From a virus (taxonomy: Duplodnaviria > Heunggongvirae > Uroviricota > Caudoviricetes): 64,000 bases of DNA. The position numbers were made by a program, and so were the translations under genes. The notes below the pieces were generated by a model. That model saw only the letters and a list, made by a program, of their open reading frames with translations, searched no databases and had not been told where the DNA came from. Below, piece after piece: positions 29,006 to 37,856 of this stretch (positions within the stretch are counted from its first letter, which is position 1; the number at the start of each line of letters is the position of its first letter). The stretch spans positions 24,841 through 88,840 of IMG/VR virus record IMGVR_UViG_2541047117_000001; one strand, 5' to 3'.

Positions 29006-31114
29006 TTAAACTGAACATGAACTACATTCGCTGATATCTGATTTCTTTGTACGTGTGTAGTACAGAGATTTCAGTCCTTTTTTCTGTGCATAGATAAAGT
29101 ATCTAGCTAAATCTCGTGTCGTCGTTGTCATTCCATCTACATATAATGTTGTTGAAATTCCTTGGTCAACGTGACCTTGAATTACAGCCATTAAGTCAAT
29201 CAGCTTATACATATCAACGTCATATGCTGATTGGTAGAAGAAGAAATTCTCATTTGAGATGTACGGCATTGGATAATGCGTTGTACTATCTTCATATGTA
29301 CGAGTCTCGATTTGTTCGATGACAGGAAGTACACTTTGAGTAGCGTTCTGAACATATGAGATAGATTGAGTCGGAGCAATTGCCATGTTGTAAGCATTGA
29401 ACAGTCCGTGTCTCTGAATCTTTTCATTTAATTCAGCCCAGTCCTCTTGAGTTGGAATATAAATTCCCTCAAATAATTTCTGTACTTTCTCAGTCTTCGG
29501 AGCAAAACTCTTTTCCAAGTATTTCTTGAGAGCATTTCCGTTTGCGTACTCACTCTTCTCGAATCCTGTAAATGTTTCGCCCGTCTCTTTGGCTATGTCA
29601 TTACTTTCTTCTAATGCATAGAAACGCATCATCATAAAGAATGTGTCAGCAAAGTCTCTTGCAGATTCGCTACTGTATAGGATTTTATTCTTAGCTAAAT
29701 ATCCATGCAGGTTCATCGCTCCAAGACCAACAGAGTGAAGTGCTTCATTTGCTTTCTTAACAGTTGGTACTTCATCAATTGCAGATTCGATAGATACTGT
29801 CGTTAAAGCGTTAGTCGCTAATCGTACAGCCTCTTTAATATTCTTGTGTTCCATGACATTTACGATGTTGATAGAACCTAAATTACAGTTAACATCGTAC
29901 CCAAACTTATCTTCGCCTTTGTATCCTTGGATATCAGACTCGGTTTGTAGTTGGAAAATTTCGACACACAGATTAGACATTTTGACTTTACCTAACCCTT
30001 TAAGTGTGTGTTGTTCATTCGCATTATCAATGTTGATTAGGTATGGATAACCACTCTCAATCTGAGTTTTAGCGATGTCTGTAAGCATTTTACGAGCAGG
30101 AATCATTTGCTTCTTACGTACTCGTGGATTATTAAGTAACTTCTCATACCATTCATCCATATCCATGTCATCAAGGTACATATCGTACTCTTTTCGTACT
30201 GAATTAGGATAGAATGTGAAGTACGGCTCATTCTTCTCAGCAAGCTCGTAGAACTTGTTTGGGATAATAAGACCAAGAGAAAGTGTTTTTAATCGGATAT
30301 TCTCATCGGCATTAATCTTTTTCGTAGACAGGAACTCGATGATATCAGGATGAAAAATGTTTAAATAAACCGCACCTGCACCTTTACGTTGACCTTTTTG
30401 GTCGAACTGGTTGAATACACCTTCAAATAATTTAGCTACACCGACAACACTCTTAGAAGCATTCTCAGTTCCACTAATGTCTTCCCCTGCGCTACGTAGT
30501 TTAGATAAGTTGATTGCAACTCCTCCACCCATACGTGACAAGTGACCTGCTGATTGTAGTGCATAGAAGATACTTTCCGTTGTATCCTGTGTATCTAATA
30601 GGAAGCATGATACGTATTTACCACCACGATAGCGTCCTACATTCAAGAATGTTGGTGTTGCAGGCTGATAATCTTGTTGGATTAATACAGTCGCAAATCG
30701 CTTAGCCTTCTCTACATCGCCTTTACCAAAGAACAATGCATTTACAGCTACTCGGTCTTCGTATCGCTCTAGGTAACGTGTGCCATCATCTGTCTTCAAC
30801 GAGTAATTGTTGTAGAATTTAAATGCTGACATGAATGATGCGAATCTAAATTTCTTGTCATACACATATTTGAAGATTTCTTCTACTTCTTCGAATGTAT
30901 ACATGTCAAAGATTTTCTTGTCATAGTAGATTGATTCAGTTGAGTTCTCGCCAAACATGTACTCTAATTGCTCATTGATAGTGTGGAAGTATTGCATGTT
31001 CTGATTAACATGGTCTACAAAGTAACTCTTTACTGCTTCCAAGTCTTTCTCGAATTGGAATCTTCCATCTTTCTCAATCTTTACTTCATTATTCAGTTCA
31101 TAATATTTTGCCAA
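29006..31114 (-). CDS. nrdE: ribonucleotide reductase class Ib alpha subunit
   Basis: 702 aa; canonical length, so no intein or intron. Confidence 0.9.
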   Translation of the reverse strand: MAKYYELNNEVKIEKDGRFQFEKDLEAVKSYFVDHVNQNMQYFHTINEQLEYMFGENSTESIYYDKKIFDMYTFEEVEEIFKYVYDKKFRFASFMSAFKFYNNYSLKTDDGTRYLERYEDRVAVNALFFGKGDVEKAKRFATVLIQQDYQPATPTFLNVGRYRGGKYVSCFLLDTQDTTESIFYALQSAGHLSRMGGGVAINLSKLRSAGEDISGTENASKSVVGVAKLFEGVFNQFDQKGQRKGAGAVYLNIFHPDIIEFLSTKKINADENIRLKTLSLGLIIPNKFYELAEKNEPYFTFYPNSVRKEYDMYLDDMDMDEWYEKLLNNPRVRKKQMIPARKMLTDIAKTQIESGYPYLINIDNANEQHTLKGLGKVKMSNLCVEIFQLQTESDIQGYKGEDKFGYDVNCNLGSINIVNVMEHKNIKEAVRLATNALTTVSIESAIDEVPTVKKANEALHSVGLGAMNLHGYLAKNKILYSSESARDFADTFFMMMRFYALEESNDIAKETGETFTGFEKSEYANGNALKKYLEKSFAPKTEKVQKLFEGIYIPTQEDWAELNEKIQRHGLFNAYNMAIAPTQSISYVQNATQSVLPVIEQIETRTYEDSTTHYPMPYISNENFFFYQSAYDVDMYKLIDLMAVIQGHVDQGISTTLYVDGMTTTTRDLARYFIYAQKKGLKSLYYTRTKKSDISECSSCSV

Positions 31115-31485
31115 ATTCGTTTCACCTCTGATTTAACTTTTTCAACGTCGCTGTCTAGCCCCGACATCTCGAATTTGTGCAATATATTTACTTCAAACTC
31201 CTCTGAGATTCTGTCGGCACTAAAAGCGAATCTCATGCCCCAATTCTTGTTGCCACTAGCACAAACACCTATGATGTTCTCAGCGTGCTTGGGGTTCTTT
31301 CTCAAAAAATCCATAGTAGACTTAGGGACAGCACCAAAGCCCGTCGTATATGTAATCAAGACGAACTTCTCGCTAATCTCTAAGTCTCTATGAATCTTCA
31401 TGTTGGGCATGTCTAGCTTTTGTACGAATCTCTCAACGTTTTTCGTCTTTGAGTCATATACAATAAGCAACTCAGCCAACTCCAA
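31093..31485 (-). CDS. nrdI: flavodoxin-like NrdI
   Basis: NrdI-like N-terminus (LIVYDSKTKNVERFV) and VLITYTTGFG; start uncertain: TTG at 31485 immediately after the motif, or TTG at 31470 after GGAG. Confidence 0.7.
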   Translation of the reverse strand: MELAELLIVYDSKTKNVERFVQKLDMPNMKIHRDLEISEKFVLITYTTGFGAVPKSTMDFLRKNPKHAENIIGVCASGNKNWGMRFAFSADRISEEFEVNILHKFEMSGLDSDVEKVKSEVKRIWQNIMN

Positions 31486-31507
31486 TTCATTATTTTTTAC
31501 ACTTGTA
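31486..31507 (-). promoter_or_regulatory. conserved repeated element, copy 14
   Basis: exact consensus; abuts the nrdI start region. Confidence 0.65.
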
Positions 31508-31553
31508 AGTTAAACTATGGAGCAGAGTATCCACTCCATAGTAGTTTTATTGC

Positions 31554-32381
31554 TTATTTTCCTTGAGGAATTGTTACCATAGGTGTTGAACCACCTGTAA
31601 CGCTTGGTAATTTACCGTCCCATTTCTTGATAGATTCGTAGTTCACAATCTCAGCAGATAATGATTGCTTAACAGTTTCGTTAGCTTTTGCTTCTGCTTC
31701 TGATTTAATGCGCTTAGATTCTGCTTCACCTTTTGCTTCTTCAACCGCTTTCTCAGCTCTTACAACAGCTTGTTTCTTCTCAATTTCTAAAGCTTCTAAT
31801 TCTTGTTGTCGGTCGATTACCTTTTGCAGTGCTTGCTCAGTTTGACCGTCAGCTTTTGGATTTCCTAATGTAACGTTCTCAACGATGAAACCATGCTTCT
31901 TAACGTCAGATTGGAAATTCTTTTGAATCTCAGTACGGATATTTTCTCGGTTTTGGAATACTTCAAGAATTGTGTACTTAGATGTTACCGATAAAGCACT
32001 CTCTTTTAGACGTGATTTTAACCATGAATCTTCAATCGCCTCAGGCTTTGCACCTTTGAACTTGTTGAAGATATGAGGTAATTTCTCTACATCATTGAAG
32101 TAGTCGTATGTAATTTCCATTGTTAACGGCTTACCGTCTTTCGTAGCGATTGCTAAATCTTTGTAATTAACTGTAGATGTAGAAATCGGATATTCCGTAA
32201 CTCGGCTAAATGGAGATACTGTTTGCCAACCTTGAGATAATGTTTCACCTTTAACACCACCGCTTGCACTGTAAACAACACCTGCTTGACCTTGTGAAAT
32301 CTTAGTCGTACACATACCTACAACTGAACCCACTAAAATACTACCTGCTAAGAAAATTACTGCACCTTTTTTCATTACCAT
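31554..32381 (-). CDS. SPFH/band-7 (stomatin/prohibitin-like) membrane protein
   Basis: 275 aa; N-terminal TM, SPFH core, coiled-coil C-terminus. Confidence 0.65.
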   Translation of the reverse strand: MVMKKGAVIFLAGSILVGSVVGMCTTKISQGQAGVVYSASGGVKGETLSQGWQTVSPFSRVTEYPISTSTVNYKDLAIATKDGKPLTMEITYDYFNDVEKLPHIFNKFKGAKPEAIEDSWLKSRLKESALSVTSKYTILEVFQNRENIRTEIQKNFQSDVKKHGFIVENVTLGNPKADGQTEQALQKVIDRQQELEALEIEKKQAVVRAEKAVEEAKGEAESKRIKSEAEAKANETVKQSLSAEIVNYESIKKWDGKLPSVTGGSTPMVTIPQGK

Positions 32382-32383
32382 TG

Positions 32384-32536
32384 TTAAATACTCTCCTTTT
32401 TCTCTTCTTTTTTTAATGTGTTTTTTGCTTTCTCTGACGCCTTTTCAACCTTGTCTAAGATTCCTAACTTTCCAAGAATCATTGCAATGATTACAAGAAC
32501 AACGCCAATTAAGATGAAACCTGCAACTACAGGCAA
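32384..32536 (-). CDS. small single-TM protein directly upstream of the SPFH gene
   Basis: 50 aa from TTG after a GAGGTAGGTG RBS; stop abuts the SPFH RBS. Confidence 0.3.
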   Translation of the reverse strand: MPVVAGFILIGVVLVIIAMILGKLGILDKVEKASEKAKNTLKKEEKKESI

Positions 32537-32554
32537 TTCAAACACCTACCTCAA

Positions 32555-32577
32555 ATCATTATTTTTATCACCTGTGG
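32555..32577 (-). promoter_or_regulatory. conserved repeated element, copy 15 (degenerate)
   Basis: CCACAGGTGATAAAAATAATGAT; overlaps a long inverted repeat. Confidence 0.35.
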
Positions 32578-32635
32578 TTGGTGGTTAGAAGATACCTTCC
32601 TTACAATAGAAGCAAAGCATCTTCTAACCACCAAC
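32577..32635. repeat. perfect 17-bp inverted repeat with a 25-nt loop
   Basis: GTTGGTGGTTAGAAGAT ... ATCTTCTAACCACCAAC; no U-run on either strand. Confidence 0.5.
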
Positions 32636-32649
32636 AATACAGGATTAAC

Positions 32650-32688
32650 TCATTATTTATTGCATTATTTATTATTATTTACACTTGT
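32650..32688 (-). promoter_or_regulatory. conserved repeated element, copy 16 (variant with a triplicated AATAATG/AATAAATAATG half)
   Basis: TACAAGTGTAAATAATAATAAATAATGCAATAAATAATGAG. Confidence 0.45.
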
Positions 32689-32693
32689 AATAA

Positions 32694-33782
32694 TTATTTT
32701 AAGCTAACATGTACCTCTTTAGCCTTCTTGTCTATTAGTTCTTTTGCCATTCTCACAAACCCACTCTTACCTTTAGTGTGTAAAGAATCACATGGGATAT
32801 CATTATCCTTACAAAGCTGATTTGCTAAGATAGTACCTCTATGCTTGACGTAGCTCAGCATTAACACAACTGCGTCTGCATCTTTCATAGTTGCTTCAAA
32901 TCTTGACTCATCTTCCATTCCATGAAGACATTCGAATTGTCCACCATGTCTTTCAACTGCATCCTTGAAGCTAGCCTTTTCTACATCGAATCCAACCATA
33001 ACAACCTTTTTACCTGCAAGGAATTGTTCGTACTTCTTCTTCTCTATGATAGGCTTCTTAGGTTCTTTCCTGATGTTTGATGTGTACTGTCTTTTGTATT
33101 CATCTGCTGTTGCATGTTTCCAAACAACACGGCTGAAATCAAGGTCATTTTTATCTACGCTGATATCAACAATATCTCCTGTCATGATGTTAAAACTTCT
33201 AAAATCACTGTCTGAGATAATAATCTCCGTTTCATTACCATTGACTATAATGGGATTATCCATCCAATCCTTACTAGCCTTATAATGATTGCTTGCAGGG
33301 TCAAGTTCTACAACAGCCATTTTAATTGAAATTACATCGGATAGACTATCACAACCGCAATCATCTAATACTGTGTACTTATATCGCTTGTCACCAATCT
33401 TCTCGGCTTTAACGATGTCTCCATGCTGTAGTCCAAGCTCTCTGATAAATCTTTCGGGAACATATATGTCCGTTCCTTCTAAAAATCCACCTTTGATATT
33501 TCTCCTAAACTCGTAACCCTCAGCTTTGTTCTCTGTATGTAACTGAATTGTATCTCCACTTAAACTAACGACATTTGATTGATTAGGCTCATTCGCTTCT
33601 TCGCTCACTTCATTTATCCCATTAATAATATGAGGCAATTGGCTATAAGCTTTTGCAAAGTCTAAGTATTTCACAACATCACTATAAACTTGGTCTATAT
33701 TTGCAACTTCTAAAGAGTCTACTATTTTTATAATGTTTTGTTTTGCTGATTCTATAATTTGTTTTTCCATTTGTAGTACCAT
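32694..33782 (-). CDS. hypothetical protein
   Basis: 362 aa; three motif copies upstream. Confidence 0.5.
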   Translation of the reverse strand: MVLQMEKQIIESAKQNIIKIVDSLEVANIDQVYSDVVKYLDFAKAYSQLPHIINGINEVSEEANEPNQSNVVSLSGDTIQLHTENKAEGYEFRRNIKGGFLEGTDIYVPERFIRELGLQHGDIVKAEKIGDKRYKYTVLDDCGCDSLSDVISIKMAVVELDPASNHYKASKDWMDNPIIVNGNETEIIISDSDFRSFNIMTGDIVDISVDKNDLDFSRVVWKHATADEYKRQYTSNIRKEPKKPIIEKKKYEQFLAGKKVVMVGFDVEKASFKDAVERHGGQFECLHGMEDESRFEATMKDADAVVLMLSYVKHRGTILANQLCKDNDIPCDSLHTKGKSGFVRMAKELIDKKAKEVHVSLK

Positions 33783-33817
33783 CCCTATGTCTGTAATATT
33801 ATAAGCAAGTTAGTGAT

Positions 33818-33839
33818 GTTATTATTTTTCTCACTTGTA
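33818..33839 (-). promoter_or_regulatory. conserved repeated element, copy 17 (variant)
   Basis: TACAAGTGAGAAAAATAATAACA. Confidence 0.45.
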
Positions 33840-33913
33840 AACCGTGTCTGCAATGTCTTAACTCACTTACAATAGCTATTGTACAACATAAGAATATCTT
33901 TGGCAATACCTTT

Positions 33914-33935
33914 TTAATTATTTTTCACACTTGTA
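33914..33935 (-). promoter_or_regulatory. conserved repeated element, copy 18a (variant)
   Basis: TACAAGTGTGAAAAATAATTAA. Confidence 0.45.
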
Positions 33936-33940
33936 TTAAA

Positions 33941-33959
33941 AATAATTTTTACACCTGTG
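33941..33959 (-). promoter_or_regulatory. conserved repeated element, copy 18b (degenerate)
   Basis: CACAGGTGTAAAAATTATT. Confidence 0.35.
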
Positions 33960-33970
33960 TTTAAGATAAT

Positions 33971-34249
33971 TTACTTCTTTCGATAAATAAACACTTGAAC
34001 CAACACTATCATTGCTAGACCTAAATTAAATGTCTCTGTAATCAGATAGCCATATGTTCCAAATTTGTTATAAATCATAAATGCATTTGTGAACATAAGA
34101 GTTAATGCAATGTTTAACAATACCCAAAACCATAATGAGATACTACTAACATCTTTAGTCTTATAGTTTTTAACAATCTGAGGAATATAACAGATTGATA
34201 GGAATACCGTTGCAATAATCGGCACCAATTCTAGTAATAACTTTTCCAT
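33971..34249 (-). CDS. PQ-loop (SemiSWEET-like) small membrane transporter candidate
   Basis: 92 aa, three TM helices, PQ motif YIPQIVKNYKTKD in TM1. Confidence 0.45.
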   Translation of the reverse strand: MEKLLLELVPIIATVFLSICYIPQIVKNYKTKDVSSISLWFWVLLNIALTLMFTNAFMIYNKFGTYGYLITETFNLGLAMIVLVQVFIYRKK

Positions 34250-34290
34250 GTATTACTCACCTCCTTCAAAAAGGTGTGACTTCGTTTAAT

Positions 34291-34704
34291 TCATAGAGAG
34301 GGTTTGCCTCCTACAATCTGCTCTATACAGTCGTGATACATCTTTCTATTGTGCGCTCTATAAAATTCTCTACCTGCACGGAATCTATTAATTGCCATGA
34401 CCTTGTACGTTTGAATCTCATTTACAAAGCGATTATAATAAATGACAATGTAATTTTTCAGCACAAAGTTATCATCTTTACAAAACTCTTTGTGCAACTG
34501 TTTCTCGTAATCTGTTGAGCTATCAATTCTTAGATTTGGAGCGTAAATAGTATTAGTAGTAATCTTATAATCAATACTATGCTTCCTACTAAACTCATTT
34601 AACACTTCCATTACATCTTTTAGTAATGTGCTATTCGGATTGTCATTCAATCTTCTCCTACAAACCTCATGAAGCTCATTCCAGTCTTCGCCTAGTGAAT
34701 ACAT
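34291..34704 (-). CDS. hypothetical protein
   Basis: 137-aa ORF. Confidence 0.45.
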   Translation of the reverse strand: MYSLGEDWNELHEVCRRRLNDNPNSTLLKDVMEVLNEFSRKHSIDYKITTNTIYAPNLRIDSSTDYEKQLHKEFCKDDNFVLKNYIVIYYNRFVNEIQTYKVMAINRFRAGREFYRAHNRKMYHDCIEQIVGGKPSL

Positions 34705-34740
34705 GCCTTACACACCTCCTTAAAGTAAGAGGATAATTTA

Positions 34741-34944
34741 CTAAATCAATCTCCAAACGTTGTCTGCAATTTCGCTATACGGGACATAATCTATGTATCC
34801 ATCGCTATCATACATTACTTTGAAACACGGTCTTTCTTCATACCCTTTTGGTGTAAAGTTCACAAGCCTAATTACTCTCGGATTCTCTTCACCATATCTA
34901 AAGCATTTTGCATTTAGAGATTCTAAATATAATGGTCTTTCCAT
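34741..34944 (-). CDS. hypothetical protein
   Basis: 67-aa ORF. Confidence 0.4.
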   Translation of the reverse strand: MERPLYLESLNAKCFRYGEENPRVIRLVNFTPKGYEERPCFKVMYDSDGYIDYVPYSEIADNVWRLI

Positions 34945-34946
34945 AT

Positions 34947-35282
34947 TTACTCTTCTTCCTCTTCATCATCTAGTTCAACATCTAGATTCTCTTCCGCTTC
35001 ATATATAGAGACATTCGTCACCATCTCTTTTTCCAGTTCTAACATTACATCAAATGAACCCTCAATGTGATAGTACCTGTCTAAGAAGCGACTAAGATTA
35101 TAGTAGCTATTGTATTCTTCTTGCTTTTCATTGTTTAAGATGATAAATGTATCTCCAACAACTTCTCCAAATGTCGTAATAATCTTTTCTAGGAAGTCTC
35201 GGTCTTCGATTCTATATTTCTCCACTAATTCATTTACGAACTTCGTGAAAGGAATCTTATGTAATTCAACATATGTACCCAT
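34947..35282 (-). CDS. hypothetical acidic protein
   Basis: 111-aa ORF. Confidence 0.45.
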   Translation of the reverse strand: MGTYVELHKIPFTKFVNELVEKYRIEDRDFLEKIITTFGEVVGDTFIILNNEKQEEYNSYYNLSRFLDRYYHIEGSFDVMLELEKEMVTNVSIYEAEENLDVELDDEEEEE

Positions 35283-35347
35283 ATAAATCTCCTTCTCTTC
35301 TTAGAATAAAAACATCCTTTTATTTGATAATCATGCTCCTTGCACCA

Positions 35348-36352
35348 TTACCATCCACGCCAATAATGCCTGCGTCTATCTTCATAATCTCGTTGTGCCT
35401 TAACAACTTCCGACAGACCTTCATTACCTATATTCATGTCTTTCTTATTAGTGACAAGGCATCCTAATCTGTGACCTTCAAGAGCATCACTATGGTATGT
35501 CGTTTTTAGATATCTTTGACGCTTAGCTTCACCGAAAGCATTTATCTTCTCTAATACTTTACTTGTCTCAATATCTACGTGTCTCCCATTCTCGATTTTA
35601 AATGAATGAGTTTTTAATATTTTGAAATCCCATAAATACAGATTTTCTTTCTTCGCTAGAGCATCCTTGTCATCGCTTCTCAAATCTTTGCTCATCTCTT
35701 CGAAGTTGTGACCACTTTTCACAAATAACATAGCTTTGTACGGCTTAGATAATTCTCCTGTATGAATATCCACGTCAGCAGTGTATACGAATCCTAAGAA
35801 AATACTTTTACTTCCGCTTAGAGTTTCATATTCATAACCCACCTTCAAGTCACTCTTCTTGATATTCTTTGTGAAAGTTTCTTTCTTATCAGTATCTTTA
35901 ACAGCTTCTTGATGGTCTTTTGAACCTTCTCGTACAAGGTTAGTCTGTGCGCCATCTTTAATGAAGCAAAACGTTCCATTGAGTTTTCCGCCTGCTAAAA
36001 TACCTGCATTATTAATTACATCCATTAACGCCTTCTCACGTAAATCTACACGTACCTTATGTTCTCCAAGGTCTAAGACTACTTGATAAGCTCTTCCACC
36101 GTTTCCACGTTGCTTGAGGTCTGTGATAGCAACATTATCAAAAGCTTTGTTTTCTAATTCGAACACAGTCGGTGGAATAGTCCGCTCATTTTCTCGGCTA
36201 TGAGTTTCATAATTGTAATCAAATTTATTCTCAGTAGCCCACTTCTCTGCTGTATCATGATTAGTCGCCTCTGAATCAATAGGGAACGCATGAAGAACAT
36301 CATCTGCACTCTCAGACTTACAATAGAAGGTTACTTTCTTTGGTAATAACAT
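35348..36352 (-). CDS. hypothetical protein
   Basis: 334-aa ORF. Confidence 0.5.
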   Translation of the reverse strand: MLLPKKVTFYCKSESADDVLHAFPIDSEATNHDTAEKWATENKFDYNYETHSRENERTIPPTVFELENKAFDNVAITDLKQRGNGGRAYQVVLDLGEHKVRVDLREKALMDVINNAGILAGGKLNGTFCFIKDGAQTNLVREGSKDHQEAVKDTDKKETFTKNIKKSDLKVGYEYETLSGSKSIFLGFVYTADVDIHTGELSKPYKAMLFVKSGHNFEEMSKDLRSDDKDALAKKENLYLWDFKILKTHSFKIENGRHVDIETSKVLEKINAFGEAKRQRYLKTTYHSDALEGHRLGCLVTNKKDMNIGNEGLSEVVKAQRDYEDRRRHYWRGW

Positions 36353-36715
36353 TTACTCACCTTCTTCTAGGAACTTTGTAAATCTTCGAATATATGTAGG
36401 ACTCTCAGAAATGAACTCAGCTACAATCATGTAAGCCTTCTTCCAATCATCTTCAAGATATCTATCGTCCGTTTTGACGATTGCGTATGGAGTGTCCTCA
36501 CTGCAAACATAATAATTTGCACATTCAGCCTCAAGCTTACTTTTTCGCCATTCAGCTTCCCATAGTCCAAAATTCTCTTTGCTGATATATCTTCTACCCA
36601 TACACCAAAACATGAAATTATTAGCCCTCAGATAGCCATCGAAATAATCCAAGAAGTCTTCACCTGCTTCGGATTCCCATTCAACTATCTTATCGAATAT
36701 CTCCTGTTTCTCCAC
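36353..36715 (-). CDS. hypothetical protein
   Basis: 120-aa ORF. Confidence 0.45.
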   Translation of the reverse strand: MEKQEIFDKIVEWESEAGEDFLDYFDGYLRANNFMFWCMGRRYISKENFGLWEAEWRKSKLEAECANYYVCSEDTPYAIVKTDDRYLEDDWKKAYMIVAEFISESPTYIRRFTKFLEEGE

Positions 36716-36850
36716 TTTGATTACGCCTCCTCTTCATAAATTTCGTCAACTTTACTTTAAGCTTCGGATTCAGCTTAGGTGGCTTCTCTAAATACTGTTG
36801 AAGCCACTCTGCTTGCTCCTCGGTTATTGTCATCGGTTCAATCTTTCTCA

Positions 36851-37045
36851 TTACTTCTTATCCAACCACTCATGGATTTTATCGTCCACTGCATACATAA
36901 GTAGCAGTGTACAAGTCATTGAAAAACAGGTTGACATAATTGATTCCATTGCATCACTACTATCCGCAAAGCTTAAACCAAAACTCAGAACACTTACCCA
37001 TATAACAGTAATCCAGTTTCTTTCCACAAAAGCTAAAAAATTCAT
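36851..37045 (-). CDS. small membrane protein (paralog A)
   Basis: 64 aa; clear paralog of the adjacent 60-aa ORF (F-E-F/LKRN ... FSMT/S). Confidence 0.4.
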   Translation of the reverse strand: MNFLAFVERNWITVIWVSVLSFGLSFADSSDAMESIMSTCFSMTCTLLLMYAVDDKIHEWLDKK

Positions 37046-37224
37046 TTTGCACCAAACTTTCTATCAAAGAAATATAAGACTATTGACGTAAAACTCATTG
37101 AAAATATAGTTGAAAAAATGGAGTAAATTATATCGAAACTCGTTGCAAATGCCAACACGAAATTGCAAATGCATAGAGCAATCATAAAGGTGCGATTTCT
37201 TTTTAAAAACTCGATAAACTTCAT
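37042..37224 (-). CDS. small membrane protein (paralog B)
   Basis: 60 aa; tandem paralog of 36851..37045. Confidence 0.4.
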   Translation of the reverse strand: MKFIEFLKRNRTFMIALCICNFVLAFATSFDIIYSIFSTIFSMSFTSIVLYFFDRKFGAK

Positions 37225-37237
37225 CTAATACACTCCT

Positions 37238-37348
37238 CTAAAAGCGTTCGTCACACCATTCCCAAAAGTATTTAATGGCACAAACCACTGACGTCCCAAT
37301 GAGAGCTAGCCATCCTGTAATTACAACGAATCCGCCTACAAAGCCCAT
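37238..37348 (-). CDS. hydrophobic micro-protein (36 aa; paralog 1; absent from the ORF track)
   Basis: MGFVGGFVVITGWLALIGTSVVCAIKYFWEWCDERF; AGGAGG RBS 7 nt upstream. Confidence 0.4.
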   Translation of the reverse strand: MGFVGGFVVITGWLALIGTSVVCAIKYFWEWCDERF

Positions 37349-37361
37349 GTAAATCCTCCTG

Positions 37362-37472
37362 CTATCTTTTTTTCCTATTCTTAGTTTCCATCCAATGGAT
37401 GAAATAACCTATTCCGCATCCAAGAACAGCTAACCATCCTGTGATTATAATGAATCCCATTACAAAACCCAT
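37362..37472 (-). CDS. hydrophobic micro-protein (36 aa; paralog 2; absent from the ORF track)
   Basis: MGFVMGFIIITGWLAVLGCGIGYFIHWMETKNRKKR; AAGGAGG RBS. Confidence 0.4.
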   Translation of the reverse strand: MGFVMGFIIITGWLAVLGCGIGYFIHWMETKNRKKR

Positions 37473-37484
37473 TGTTTTTCCTCC

Positions 37485-37844
37485 TTAACCGTGTCTGACG
37501 CTTCCTCCTGCATCTATAGAGCCTCCAACTTTACCACATCGAACTGAACCACCTGCATCTACATCTCCGCCTACATCATGAGCTGTTACGCTACCGCCTG
37601 CATCTACATAACCTTGTACATTACGACAGGTAACAGAGCCTCTGCTTCGTAGATTTCCTAATACATTTCCATCAATAGTTGTTGGAGCATCCGTGATTAA
37701 CTGACCGATGTCTCCTTCAACCTTAATGTTTAAGTTTCCTTTTAGCCCTTCTGTTTGAAGGACACCATCAATGAAAACTGCTCCATTGCTGATTTGAATG
37801 CTATTACCGTAATACGTGTTACCGTTATATGTAATACTTCCCAT
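37485..37844 (-). CDS. beta-helix repeat protein (bactofilin-like?)
   Basis: 119 aa; five tandem ~10-residue repeats V-x-G-x-V-DAGGSV. Confidence 0.45.
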   Translation of the reverse strand: MGSITYNGNTYYGNSIQISNGAVFIDGVLQTEGLKGNLNIKVEGDIGQLITDAPTTIDGNVLGNLRSRGSVTCRNVQGYVDAGGSVTAHDVGGDVDAGGSVRCGKVGGSIDAGGSVRHG

Positions 37845-37856
37845 TTCATTCGCTCC

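Noticed and set aside
27987-31114. Possible group I intron or intein in nrdE/nrdF, as in SPbeta bnrdE/bnrdF
   Set aside because: NrdE (702 aa) and NrdF (324 aa) are of canonical uninterrupted length with continuous reading frames. Only a short hairpin (28990..29005) lies between them.
37485-37844. The repeat protein considered as a tail fibre or collagen-like structural protein
   Set aside because: The window otherwise contains only early and replication genes. The repeat is a 10-residue V-x-G-x-V-DAGGSV unit rather than G-X-Y. A beta-helix or bactofilin-like fold is more consistent, but this is unverified.
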